Assembly (NCBI GenBank): GCA_965178125.1
Contig: OZ237737.1
Location: 744,001 to 808,000 of the forward strand
Direction: 5' to 3'
DNA from: Bilabrum cf. latius
Lineage: Eukaryota
Length of the DNA stretch: 64,000 nucleotides
Position numbers and translations under genes: made by a program. This document shows, piece after piece, positions 39,901 to 52,800 of the stretch; position 1 is the stretch's first letter, and each line of letters starts with the position of its first letter. The notes under the pieces were generated by a model. That model was given only the letters and a program-made list of their open reading frames with translations. It searched no databases and was not told where the DNA came from.

Positions 39901-42900
39901 GGGTTCCGATGGCGGTTGCGACCGGGAAGGTGCGACCAAGCCAACGGATTGCTTGCGATGACGCGCATACCCTCTCTGTGTTCAGGAGAGGGGCGGAGAT
40001 TGGGTAATTTTTGAAGAAAGTTCCTGCTCCGTTCATTTAACATGAACAGCGCCGGTAGCCATCGGATCGACCCGGCGGCGCGCGGGGCAGCAGGCAGCGC
40101 CAGGGTGATCGCCGCAGCTGCAGTGTTCGCTCGCGCGGTAGGCCAACCTGCGGTCACGTTGGCCGATTTAGCTACTCGATATGGTATGAATGATGCTGTG
40201 TTCTCGGATTTCATTGCTCGTCTCAACGTGCAGCGCGACACCATGGCACCTCGCGATCCCGATCTTCGACGTTCACACGATGCGGGGTTCCTGTGCTACT
40301 TGCTCGACAGGTACTCATCAAAGCAGTCCTTTACGGCATCACGGTCCATTAATGCTGTCAAGAGCACCGCTCTCGCCAGGTTCGTGTCAAATGGGACGCT
40401 AACGACTCTCGGTGCACGGCTGCTTCTGCCGGCGTCGCCGAGCTCTCAGAGATTGGAGTACAAGCCCGATATCGAAACCACGGAAGACTGGAATGTGTTC
40501 TACTTTGATGCCCCTAATATCTCCTCTGTCTCTGGTGAGATGACGTCCAAGCTTTCTAGTGCCAGACTTCTGGGCATGGAATCGACGCAGTGGGGCTACG
40601 CACGTAGCTAGCGAGCTATTCCATACGAGGACCAACGCAGTTTGCTGTCCACAAGACGCTCCAAGGCACCTCAAGCGCAACATTGGAGGTAGCTGCAAAC
40701 GGCAGAAGGGGCAAGTGCACGCACACCGTGGTATCTCGAGTACCAGGATAGGTTGCGCGATGCTCGACACAATGCGAGCACTCCAGACCACGTCGTTCGT
40801 GTGAATGCGATGGAAGCAGTCATCGTGATTGAGGGGTTCAATTTTGGCAGTAGAGAGAACGATGTGACCATCACCATCGGTGGGCAAAATTGCGGTCCAG
40901 TCGACGACACTCCATTGTGGAAAATCACCGGAGACACGCCGTTCCTCGAGTGCCAAGTAGGGGGCCTAGTCGTTGGTCATCATTAGGTAGAAATCACAGT
41001 TGCAAACCAAGAGGTTGTGATTCCACCGGGAGAGTCTGGACTTTTCGCTGAGTGTCCAAAGAATTTTTTCGCAACGGAAGAGGGTGTGCACGATTGCATC
41101 CCGTGTCCGAAGTGTACGACTCCAACTTGTGAAGCAAATGGCCTGACCGACGACGAAGCCAGCTTCTGCGACGGAGGGACAACTGCGCCCTATTCGAGGG
41201 CGAAGTTCTGGTTGTACAATGGCACAAACAGAATTAATACCACAAGTACCCGAGGCTTCGCTCTCGACGTGTGTCTTCCAGTATTGGAGCAGCTGAATCC
41301 TTGCCTGCCAGACAACGAATGCAAGGCAGGCTACGTCCAAGAGAATGCCTGCAGCGTCTGCATGCCTGGGTTCCAGCGAGATATTATTGAGAAAACTTGT
41401 GTTAAATGCCCAGAATAGCCTATTCTCTTCATGATCTTGCTGCTTGGGGCGGCTCTGATCGTCGGTGTTCTCCTGTTTGCTCTGTACCGTGTGTCGCCAA
41501 GCGTCGCGGCAGCATCGGTGGCTCTCGATTTTTTCCGTGAGTATATGACTAGTTTGTGCTTATCCTATTTTGCTACAGATGTGAATGCCCTTTTGGTCCC
41601 AATATGTGTCTCTCTTTGCCCCGCAGAAACTCTGAGTGTGATAGGCTCCCTGCCATTGAGCTACCCTCCTGCGCTGGCCGCACTGTTCTAGTATGCCCAG
41701 GCATCTGCCTCGAACGTAGACGCAGCCTCTCCGAGCTGTGCTGCAGCCAATTTCGGGTACATCGAGGCCTGGATTTTTAGTATGAGTCTGCCTGCCTTAG
41801 TACCGGTATGTATTATTGTCGCAAATCTGGTTGTGGTAGCGTACAAGCTTGCTTGCAGGACAAGTGCTGGTGATTAGAGGTCTCTGTGGAAGCACGCTGA
41901 CGCTGGCTTTGGTTTCATCATCTTAGCGTGGCTATTTTTGTACATCCTTGTGGTGAGCAAGGGATTTGAGATTCAGCAGTGCAGAGAGACAGGGGACGGT
42001 CCCGTTCTTCGCGCTGATCCTGAAATCCCGTGCGGAGACGAGCGACACAATGCCTTCGTGTTTGCTGCTAACGTGCTGCTCCTTCTCTATGGAATCGGGA
42101 TTCCGCTGCTGTTTGGCGTCTTGTTGTGGCACTATGGTCCTGCGATTTAGTACGACCAGGCCCTCAGAGAGCGTGGGTTGGCAGGCTCGAGGGACACGAA
42201 CGCTTTCTTTAACCTCGGCAAGCGCTTGCGGCGGCTGTATTTCAAGTACAGAGCCGACGCGTACTACTGGTCTGAGCTTATTTTACTACGCAAGGCTGTA
42301 CTTGTGGTGATTGCGGCTCAGCTGCTTGAGAAGCCGCTGCTAGCAGCGTCCTCAATTCTTACGTCACTCTTTGTTGCGTACACGCTGCAGCTAGTGTACT
42401 AGCCTTACAGGAGCCACACTCAAGAAAAAGCGAAGCAAGACGCTCAGAAGGCGAAAGAGACACAAAAACAGCTTGAGGCTGCTGTTCTGGCCACGGGCAA
42501 GGTGTCTGCAGGCCAAGCCGCCCGAGTCGTCGCGAGTGCAGTAGCACGAATCGGTGAGGGGTCTGCTTCGCCGATCCTGGAGTAGGATGGCAAAGGGAAT
42601 GGGACAGGTGCTGCTGGGGCTACTTCCGACACAGAGGGCACAAGTGGGAAGAGTGGGAAAGCTCGTCGGGCAGTTCTGTTTGGGCAGGGCTCTGGCAAAG
42701 GTGGTAAGGGTGCCTCTGCGCTTGGCAGAGGAGGAAGCGGTTCCGGCGCAATGAGGATGGCTTCATCTCAACTTACCTCGGGGAGGAGCAGGCATGGGAT
42801 CAGTGAACTTGCCGCTCTAAAGGGTAGCGCGATGGAGGCACTGGCAGTTGCGTCGCCACTGCACGGTACCCTGCTCAAGAGATCAGCCGTGCGCTCCCGT

Positions 42901-45900
42901 GTCGACGATGAAGACTTCGCAGGGATCATGGCATCTGACCAACGATGGTCAACCAAGAGCATCATGCACAATTCCCGGGCCCGGCAAGAGAGGGAGCGAC
43001 GAGCGTAGGCAGCTAGCCTTGGCCGCACGTTGGCACGGTCAACCTTGGTTTCACATGAAAGCGGTGCACCTAGCAATCAGTCGAATGGTGCCTTCCCGAC
43101 CCTTGCTGAGCAGCATGCACGCTTTGCAGAAGCAAACGAAAGCAAGGACAGCCCAGTATCGGTGTCTTCGAGGAACCCGCTGGTTCGCGCCGCTGATGCA
43201 GCTGCCCCAAGCGCCTCTGCTACCGCTAGCAGGAGTCCACCACTGGGAGATTCCGTGGCGCCCACACCTCCTCCTGGTGTCGCAATCGTCCCGAGCTCAG
43301 GTTATTAGAAGAAAAGGTCTAAGTCCAAGAAAGACAGGCCCGCCTTCATCCCGGACCCGATCCGTGACTCTGTGTGCTGCGGCGTTCCAGGCTGCGCAGG
43401 CTGGACTCTCTGGTTCTGCTTCTGTTGTGGCTTCCTCTGTATGTGCGGTGACCGAAACAAGAGCAAGGTTAAACTCCGCATCGAGGCAAGGAGTGGCGGT
43501 GAAGCCAAGATCAAGACCAAGATCATTGCTGACATGAATACTCTCGAGGTGAGGTATTGCCCACCGTGCTGATACATCGGCGTGCGCATATGCAGAAACA
43601 TTGCATCCTTGTATTTCCGCGTGCTGTTGCTTTTTTACATACTTCGCAGGCTACTGCCCTCTTCTGTTCGGTTCTCGTGCTACTGAGCGGGATCATCTTT
43701 GCCGCAGCTGATGCTGCTGGTGAAATTGAGGTGAGTCTGAGCCCTTCCGTATCGTGATTGCCCGGTTGTACTTGGCAGGAATGGATCATTTGACATTGAT
43801 ACGATAAACTCAACTTTCATGCCTTGCAGAGTGGAAATCAGCGAACGATGCTGGAGTACATGGTGTTCTCGATCGTCATGATGGCGACTGGGTACTGCGT
43901 GCTCGCGGTCATTTGGGAGCTGCAAGAAAGTGTGAAGTACTACCTGGCCAGCTGCAAGACACGATATGGTGCGGCAAGCATTGCAAGGACACGTCAAAAA
44001 GCGATTGACACCGCGACATCCAATATGGTACAGCGTGCAAGGGCTGCCCGGCACAGGCGCCAGGCCGAGATTTAGAGGCAGAGCAACCCGTTGATGGCCT
44101 CATTCCCTGCGCCTGGCTCCGACAGATCCTTAAATGGTGACGGTGAGGCAGGTGCGGCATCTTGCTGTGGCTCTTTGCTAGGTACCTGTTGCCCTTGCTG
44201 GTATGATTCCTAGCAGAGTATACAGAGTGGACGCGGTGCTCCCGGGGCCGGCAGCCCTCGAACTCAGTTCGGAGGTGCTAACCCAATGATGGCCGCGAGG
44301 TCCGCGTAGTAGTCTGATGCAGCGGCAACTGGTCGCGCTGCAGCTCGTCGAGGCGGTGTCTCACTCTTGCGAACTCGAACTATGTCGTCTGGCTCTGATG
44401 ATGGAGATCTGGCAAATGGTAGCTCACGCTCTATCGGTGAAGAGAGCAGCAGCCCGAAAGGAAGCGGACCTGGCGGGGCCACCGCCTAGAAGAAGAAGAA
44501 GCGAACTCATCATGACTCTATGGCTGGCGGACTCTGGACCGGGGAGGTGAAGGGAGTGCTTCTACAGGTGCCGCATGATGTAGCTGGGCAGCAGGACTAG
44601 GCTGTTGTGGACTACGACGAAGCGACTAGACGCAGAACTGCCATGATTCAGGTGGCCAATAAGGAGGCTAGGAAGCTTCGTAAGAAGAATTTTGGCCTGC
44701 TGACGCTCCTGGGCGGTTCTCAGAGTGGTCGTGGCGTTGGGGCCAGACAATCGATCAATGCAAACGCTGACAGCGATGACTTCGACGACGACGACACATC
44801 TTCTTCCGATGACGAGGCCTAGTCAACTGACGAGGACGACAACGGGCCGGATCCCTACGAGCCTGGCCTCTCAACGGAAGAGAGACTGTCCAGGGCCCGC
44901 GCAATTGCTGCCCGCCGTGAGGAGAGGGCAGAGCGACGCAAGCAGAGGGTCGCAAAGGGTAGCAAGAAGGTCGGCAAGAGTGGGAATGGCAAGAAGAAGG
45001 AGAAGAAGAAGAAGAAGAAGATCAAAGACAAGATCAAGGTTGCCCATCACCAACTGTCGGTTCACTTTGGACAGGCTTGGGGGCTCAGTGTGCCGGCAGG
45101 CCAAGAGATTTCCATCACGCTCAAGGTGGATACCACGACGGTCAAGACCAAACTTCCTTACAAGCCTCACGTTGAGACGCGCCTAAAGGAAATGACGCTG
45201 CCAATATTCAACCCGAGCAGAGGTGGTGACGTACTGCATGGCAGCATCAAGGTGAAAGGTATGTTCACCAGCACGGTGCTCGGCACTTTCCGCTGCCCAG
45301 TTGCTGAAATGCCTCGAGGCAAGCGCAAGGAGCGAACCTTCACGTTGCATGACAGCAGTGACAACGTCAGTGGTCAGATCAGTCTGTATCTGCGGCTCTA
45401 GGCATCGGCGGGGGTGCATGTGGACAACTGGGTCGAGCTGGGCCTGGGAACCAGGGACCTGAGTCAAATTCAGACGCCTCCACCCAGCGCCGCCCCAATG
45501 GGCCGGATCGCAAGAAAATCCATTATGCACAAGCGTAGGCAGACGCGCATTGGTCAAGTGGGCTTGCTCGAAGCTGCCCGGGAGGCACAGCAGCAGAGGT
45601 CGCGCAATCGGAAGAAGCGGCGCAGCGGTGACGACGACAGCGACTCCAGCTCAGGCAGCGAGGCAGCTACGAGCAAAAGCAAGGGCAAGCGCGATGAGCA
45701 TGACGAGGAGGATGGACGCGATTATGACACTGGAGACGTCTGGTTGGAGATGCACCCGATATCGGTGGACAGCCCGCTAAAGGCCGCAAGGAGGGCCTCA
45801 AGCACGCGCTCCGGGCTGTACGCTGCGTCAAGCAGCCCGAGGAAACGACAAAAGGCCCAAGTTCTTGGGACGGCAAAGAGCGCGCGACAGCTCAACACCG

Positions 45901-46568
45901 GGGGCGATATGTCCATGTAGCGGAAGCTTCAAATCAGAGAGGCTTAGCGACGCCGAACCATGAAGGCTATGCGGCGAGCCTCCGCATTCTAGAACCAGGC
46001 CATCGCTGCGCTTGGCATGCCCATGGGTCCACAAGCAGGTGACGTAGCCAGTACGTCTGAGATTGACGGCGCCAGCAAGCTCAAGGCTACCGATCAAAGC
46101 CTAGCGAAGAGCAAGGCTGCTGATAGGCTGGCTGCGATTGGGACTGGACGGGCAGGCCGACACCACAAGGAAGCAGATCCTGTCCGCGGCGAGGCCGTGC
46201 GTAACCCTCTTGCTATCGGTGCGGCGAAGGCGCAAGCTGGTGGTGGCGAGGGCGACGGTGGGGATGCGAATCCGCTGGCGGGATTGTCGCTGGCGGACGT
46301 CTTTCGCCCGGTCGATCAGACTTCGGACCAGGTAATGCGTCCGAAGACCAATCCTCTATTCGCCACCTCTGCTACTCGTTCGCAAAAATCATCCTCAGCA
46401 CCATCAACTGAGAATCTAGGTGAGTCTAGCGGCGGTACAGCTGAATAGATACGGCGGGTATCGTCCTTGTCTGGCTTCAGAACTGACACGCGTCCTGAAT
46501 TGCTGCGCGGCCGAGGCAGGCGATCCAGGCAACAGCGAGCTTCGCGCGCTGCTTCTGAAGAAATTTGA
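27935..46568 (+). CDS. Giant nonagonal-type cadherin A: signal peptide, cadherin repeats, IPT/TIG repeats, Cys-rich region, 9 TM, C2-like domain (about 6000 aa)
   Basis: Signal peptide MRFLTVFALLLCSHVA. One uninterrupted frame 28157..39929 if TAG is sense. Cadherin Ca-binding motifs (xEN, DxD, DFE/DYE, DVNEAP), IPT motifs (GG..V.I.G.NFG), and nine hydrophobic segments from 41420 to 43915. Introns 41537..41626, 43549..43649 and 43731..43829, plus a 5' intron from 27985 and an unresolved junction near 39930-40090. About 59 TAG; TGA 46566-46568. Confidence 0.85.
28481..30272 (+). repeat. Intragenic tandem repeat, 5 x 354 bp, each unit one cadherin domain (118 aa)
   Basis: gtttcgaatgtgaacgaagctcc recurs at 28481, 28835, 29189, 29543, 29897 and 30251. 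The only differences I saw between units are at up to 3 positions in the EDGGGL(F/L)D codons. Confidence 0.97.
30596..33198 (+). repeat. Dispersed intragenic duplication of about 750 bp (30596..31344 and 32450..33198; two cadherin domains)
   Basis: Both copies begin gtcatcgatgtgaacgaagcacccttc and end gacgcgaacga, offset 1854 bp (a multiple of 3). Differences are few and mostly synonymous (MAVLEN/MAVPEN, DEDTT/DEDAT). Confidence 0.95.
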
Positions 46569-46860
46569 TGATAACATTGAATTAAATGATAATGCTCATC
46601 TTCTGGCTCTAAAGAAAATGATTCTAATGCAGTTTATCAAGTTTACCAGAAATCTAGCCATAGACCACGGGTCCTTGGCAGCACGTAGGCAGCTGAGGTT
46701 CTAGGATAGCAACTTCCATCCGCCCGCTCTAAATCCTACGTTGGATCGAACCGGACAGATGGAAGCCGCCAATTGGTATCCAAGCACCAAATAGTAAATG
46801 CCTTCCACGAGCTGCGAGGTCACACATGGTCATTGGCCTAGCTTCTCTTGCATCGCAGCT

Positions 46861-49800
46861 TCATGCCTTGGGCCGTTTCCACTGCTTCTTGCCGGTCTCT
46901 TTGTTGCGGTAGAAGACCCTGCCACTCTTCTTGTCCTTTCGCGCCTCCCATCCGTCTGGAAGACCCTCCATGTGCACACGCTCCGTACGCTTCTCACGCT
47001 TTGCGGGCTTGGCCTTCTCGCTCACCCCTTCTTGCGCCTTGACTCGAGCCACAGGGTCGGCGAGTGACTGACCACCTGCGGCAGGACCGACAACCACGGG
47101 CTTTGCGGTCGCAATCGGATTGACCATAGCATTCGAATCATCGGAGCGAGCCAGTCCTGCCGCTCCCAGTCCGAGTGGCTTGATCTTTCTGGACGACGCT
47201 GGGCTCGAGACGCCTAACGATCCCTTGCGGCCCAGACGAGAACCACCTGCCTGCCGCATGCCAAAGTTTTTGGACACGCGACCGGAGCGGGCCGCGGTCA
47301 GGGCACCTTGCCGTGCGATCGCTGCAGCGGCAACGGAGTTGCCCGCTGTAGACATGGGGTTAGTCGATCCTCGTTCGGTCTCGCGCTTGGATGCCTGCAT
47401 CTCGCGCTGCATCTCCTCGAGTCTCTCCCGCATAGCACGGTGCTCGTTGCGGATGGAAGTCCACTGCATGCGGTTGGGCGGATCCACCATGGAGTCGAGC
47501 TCGCTGTTACTGATGCGCGACTCGCCGCGCTCCACCATGGACTGTACCAGCGGGGAGCTGGTCATGCTCCTTCCATTGGCTGTGTCGCGAGACGCCTGCT
47601 GTCTCTCCGAGTACGACATGTCGCCGAGGTCTCCTCCCGAAGACTTGCCCTTGCTCTTGGCGTCCTGCATGGCTGCGGCGCGCTTGTTGCACATCTGCAC
47701 GCAGCGGTCGGCGGCTTCTTTATTCATCAGCCAGAAGATCTCGAAGAAGAGCACCGTCACGAAGTAAACCAGCGACAGCAACACTAGGCAGGCCACGACG
47801 ATGGCGAGCCTGTTGTACTCGTTCTCGTACATGGCGAGGTTCTCGCCCTCGAAGCGACCAGAGAGGAACATGATTCCGCTCAGGCACACGAGCACGGCGC
47901 ATGCCAGCAGCACTGCCTCAGCAGCATTATAGTCGATGAGCACGAGGGCCACGTAGTTGGTCTTGGTGTTGCCCATGAGCTCCTCCTCTTGCGCCTGCCG
48001 AGCGACGAGCTGCCAGCCAGCCTAGGCCCGCATCTTCTCGCTGTTGGAGTTCTTCGCTTCGGTCTTTTCCATCGTTGCACGGATGCGTGAGTGAGCATTC
48101 TCCTTTCCGGTGGTCTTGGCAATGGCTGCAATGGCAAGGTGTTGGCCAAGGACGGCCTGGTGGTCACCCGGGGACAGGTACGGCGTGTTGCGCACCTGAA
48201 GGGCGTACGCCAGGAACATGACCAGCAGGGCAACTGCGAGCTGGTACGACGGGGTTGACCGGAACATGAGGCTAGTGAAAGCAATCAGGAACTTCCTGAC
48301 AATAACCACGAAGATCCAGTACCACTTGCCAGGTCGGAACAGGTAGTAGAGCCTCTGCCAGCGCCGGCGGAAGAACCAGATCCTGGGGGTTATGAACGTC
48401 ACGTTGTTCAGGTATCGCTCATCCAGCGTCGCAAGGGCACGGCAGATCTGGTCGTGCTTGATCGTGTCCTTGTTATGCCACAGCCAGTACACCCATGCAC
48501 ATGGCAGTGCAATGACGTACACGCACAGGGTCAGGGCAGCGAACGGCAGCAGCATCTTGTGCGTAGGTGACTCGAAGCACACGACGTCAGTCATACCTGA
48601 CATGTACAGGTTACCGTCTGGTGGTGTCGTAGGAGCGCAGTTGAACACATCAAGCGTTAGCCTGGTCAGGTACATGTACAGGAAGTACATAATTATGTTC
48701 ATGATGCTAACGAACTGGTGCGAGTGCGTGTGGCGCTGGTGCCTCTGCGCGCCCAGCACGAACGTCTTCCAGCAGTAGATGACGATGTAAACGCTCGAGA
48801 ACATCAGTGCTGCCACGACGGGGAGCGCCATGGCTGCGAACCACTTCATGGCGTACGTCACGTCCGGGATTGCGCACTCGGGAGCGGCCAGCTCGAGGTT
48901 GAGATTGAAGGCGGACATGATCTTGAAGATCTCCTTGAGCAGATCGGGCCACCTCACGCGGGCGCGAGCAAACATGGCGAGCACCTGGAAGTAGTCCACA
49001 CCAATGCTGATCAGGGCAATATTGACGTGCTTGCGGTTGAGCACGTACCCAGCGGCGCACGCGCACATGGCACCAACGAAGAAGCCCACGAAGATAAGCC
49101 ACGGTGTGTCCGGGCACTTGGCGCACTCGCCGTTGATCCGGTAGTACTTGCCCTTGATGCACTGCGAGCACCTGGGCCCGGTGTACCCGACATCGCACAG
49201 GTTGCTGCCTAGACAAGCCCACGACGGCTCGCACGGCGCAAAGTAGGGACACTCCTCGCGGCCTAGGCGGTCCTCGTGGCACCTGTCGTCGGGCGTCGTG
49301 AGGTTGAACCGCCACCAGCCCGGCAGCGACACCACAAGATCCATGATCTGCTCACTGCCCTCAGTGCAATTGGCCCCGGGCTGGTCGTTGGCGCAATGCA
49401 CGCAACGCTCGCCGCGCAGCCCGTAGTACACCGGCTCCTTGCACTCTGTGATGAACATCTCTTCGTAGTCGTAGATGAAGTAAGGCTCGGTTCGGTTCGC
49501 CACCAGTATGGACACGTTCTTGGGGCCCACCACGTCATCGGCCAGGTTGCACTGCATGGTACCGTCGTTGAGCCACTCTGCCTCTGTGCACTCGAGGCCG
49601 TTCACCTCAATGGTGACCTCAGTCGGCTCGAAGCCAAAGTTCTTGCCCTTGATAACCACCTCCTCGCCGAGCGCGTCGGGTGTATTGGGCATGAGGGCAC
49701 GGATGAGCGGGGGATCATACGAGAAGTAGCTGCCGTTTGACATGGCAGACTCTCTGCGACCCACAGACACGACCACCGGCAGGTTGTCACCGCACCCGCG

Positions 49801-52800
49801 AGGCACTGTGCAGAAGAGACGGTTGTGCGTCTGTGGCTTGGAAGGCTAGCGCGTGTCACATTCGTACTTGCCGAGGAACACGGCGGCTCCGAACTTGCCC
49901 ATCGACTCCCCGCGAATCTCAAGCTCGTAGTCGCCAGCCGTGGGGTAGCACTCGGCGGGAACCTCTCTGCACACTTCCGTTCCCTCGCTGTCGTCGGGAC
50001 CGTCGTAAGAGGTGAAGCACCGCTGGTAGGGTTCGCACTTTTCGGCACCGTTGGCGGCATGCCAGACGGAATGCACAGATGGCGGGTCGTACGTGAACAT
50101 CACAGGCTCGCTTGAAACCTGGTCGGCCACATTTATAACCACACGCAGGTCTCTGCCGCTGCCTTCGGGCATGTAGAAGCGCACCATGGAGTCGTTGTGG
50201 GTAAGGATGTCCTCTGGAGCAACCTCGTGGAGCAAGTAGTCGGGATGGTCCTCGGGGAAAAGATCTGCGTTGGTGAAGTAGATCGACCCGAAGCCCATCG
50301 ATCCGAGGTCTTCACCCACCAGCGTCATCACGATGCGCTCGCCCTCGATCATATTGTTGGCCAGGTCATACTCGGGCGCAATACGGCCAGAGGTGGGCCC
50401 TCCGATCGGGGTCACGGCGAATACCTTGGGGACGTTGTACCGGTATACAATGTCGGCATTGGACACCTGACCAGACACGTTCACCACTACAGGCAGCCCA
50501 CGGCCCTGGCCCGGCGGCGTGATGCACGCGATTTGGTCGTGACGCGGGGTGGCGGCCAGGGAAGGCGGCACCTCGCACTCCTTGCCGTCTATCTGCACTC
50601 GTGGCCGGATGGGGTACATCTGACCAAAGTTCTGGCCCTCAATCTGGATGTAAGCCCCGCCAATCGTCGGTGCCTGAGGCGCCTGGGGCGACACGGCCGT
50701 CACAGTGGGGCTGGCGTACTTCCAGAAGGTCTGACCGTGCGCCAGGGACGTCTGGTCTCCCACCTGGACCTCAATAGTGTGGTGGTGCCCGTCGCCCGGC
50801 GGGATCGACACAACGAGCTGGTCCTGCCTGTGCATCAGCGTGATGAGCGGCATGTCACCATCGATAATTACCATGACGGAGCCCAGCTGCGGGTTGCCGA
50901 AGTTGGCTCCCGTGATCTGTACCTACTGTCCAACCGTGGCGACGCCCTCCCTCTCGGATGCATCCTGCAGGTAAGAGACGGGCGGACCGCTGACCGCCTT
51001 GATGTCCTCAACCACTGGTGGTCTGTACGAGAATGTAAGCTGCTCGTCGGCGCGAGACTTGCCACCTGGCACCTCTATCACGATGGACAGATCGGCGCCC
51101 ACACCGGGCGGAGTAGTGCAGTAGATTGAGTCCGTGCCAATGTCCATGTCTCTGGGCAACTTGCGCTTCTCCATGTCAGTGCACTTGTACGTGTCGCCAA
51201 TGTGCACCTCGATGTCTGAGGCGTCCACAGAGTCGATGTCGTACACGTGCGCGATGAACATCTCCTCGCCGCCCTCGGTGGACATGTCGTACCACCGCCC
51301 CTGACCGAACGCAGCGTCAAAGTTGGGCACGGGCTTCTTGAATGACACAGGGTTGGAGGGCACCCCACCAACCTCAATCTGTGCAAGGAGCTCTCTGTCA
51401 GCATTGACGGGATCAGGGATGATGAACATGAGCTGGTTGTGGCCCCAGACCTCGGTGACCTGCGGTACGCCGTCCACCCGGGCGACACCGCAGTCGTGCA
51501 AGCCATTACAGAACGAAGTGCCCTCGATCCATACGCGGAGCAGTCCAGCAGAGACGTTGAGCCTGTCCGGTGCAACGTTCGTAATGACAGGCGGGTTGTA
51601 CGTGAAGCGGCGAAGCGGCGACAGTACCCCGTCGACGTCCACGATGAACTCCCTCAGCTTGCCGAAGCCTTCGGGGATGACAGCCTCCACAAAGTGGGAT
51701 CCATCAAGGGAGTCCCGCTCGGTGCGCACGATGACGCACTCTCGCAAACGCTGCACGAAGGTATCCACCACGGGTACTCGGAGCGTCGGGTTGCCCGTCA
51801 TGAGAGCAGTGTAGTGCTGCGTCCACTCGGACTGCCTTGGGCTCTCGTGCCCGATGTCATTGATGAGGATGCGGATCTTTGAGGCCGCGTACAAGAGACC
51901 AAAGTTGGCACCAGTGACACGAACGACTGTTCCACCCTCCGTGTTATCCGTGGCTGGCACGATTGAGTCTACAGTTGGTGCAGCATACGAGGTGCTGGCA
52001 TCCGAGATGGGACTAGTCTGCCCACCAACGGTGATGAGCCACCTCAAAACACGGCCGGTGCCTGGCACTGTGGTGCACGTGATCTCCTCATGCAACTTGG
52101 TGATGGAGCAGTTGCTCGCCTGGAATTCCACTCCGGTCGGCCCGTAGGTGACCTTCTCAAGGTGCTGCTGCACCGAGAAAAAGTCGCCCACGATTGTGAC
52201 GCGCTCGCCACCGTCAGTGCTTGCATCCACGGCACCCGGTCCGGTGAATGCAGTGATGACTGGGTAGTGGTAGTCAGTCGTGGGACTTACCGAGGCCTGG
52301 CTGTCGATCTGGATGGACCACGTGAGGCTGTCGCCGGCACCCACCACCGTCTGGCAGCGGATCTTGGTGTGTGGCACGATCACGGAGCAGCCTACAGCCT
52401 CGAACTCGCCAGTGCTCTACCCGTACGTGGCGTTCTCCACCGGCGTGCCGAGCGGCCCAAAGTTCCTGCCCTCGATGTCCACGACCTCCAGACCGCGAGT
52501 GTCGGCGTCCGAAGCACCAGGCCCGTCGTAGTATGCAACAACTGGTGGGTGGTAGTTGGTCTTGATCTCCTCGAAGCGCTCCTCGACTGGCCTCTGTGCG
52601 CCCACCTCGACAGTCCACACCAGCTCTGTGCCGGTGCCCTCGGCCGTCTGGCACACGATCTGCTTGTGGGGAGTAGTCACGCGGCAGTCCACAGCCTGGT
52701 ATGAGGGCCACACGGGAGTGTCGCGGCCGTAGAATGCACTGGGCGCCAGGAGTCGGATTGGGCTCCCATCGGATCCGAGCGGGGTAGCCGGTCCGAAGGA

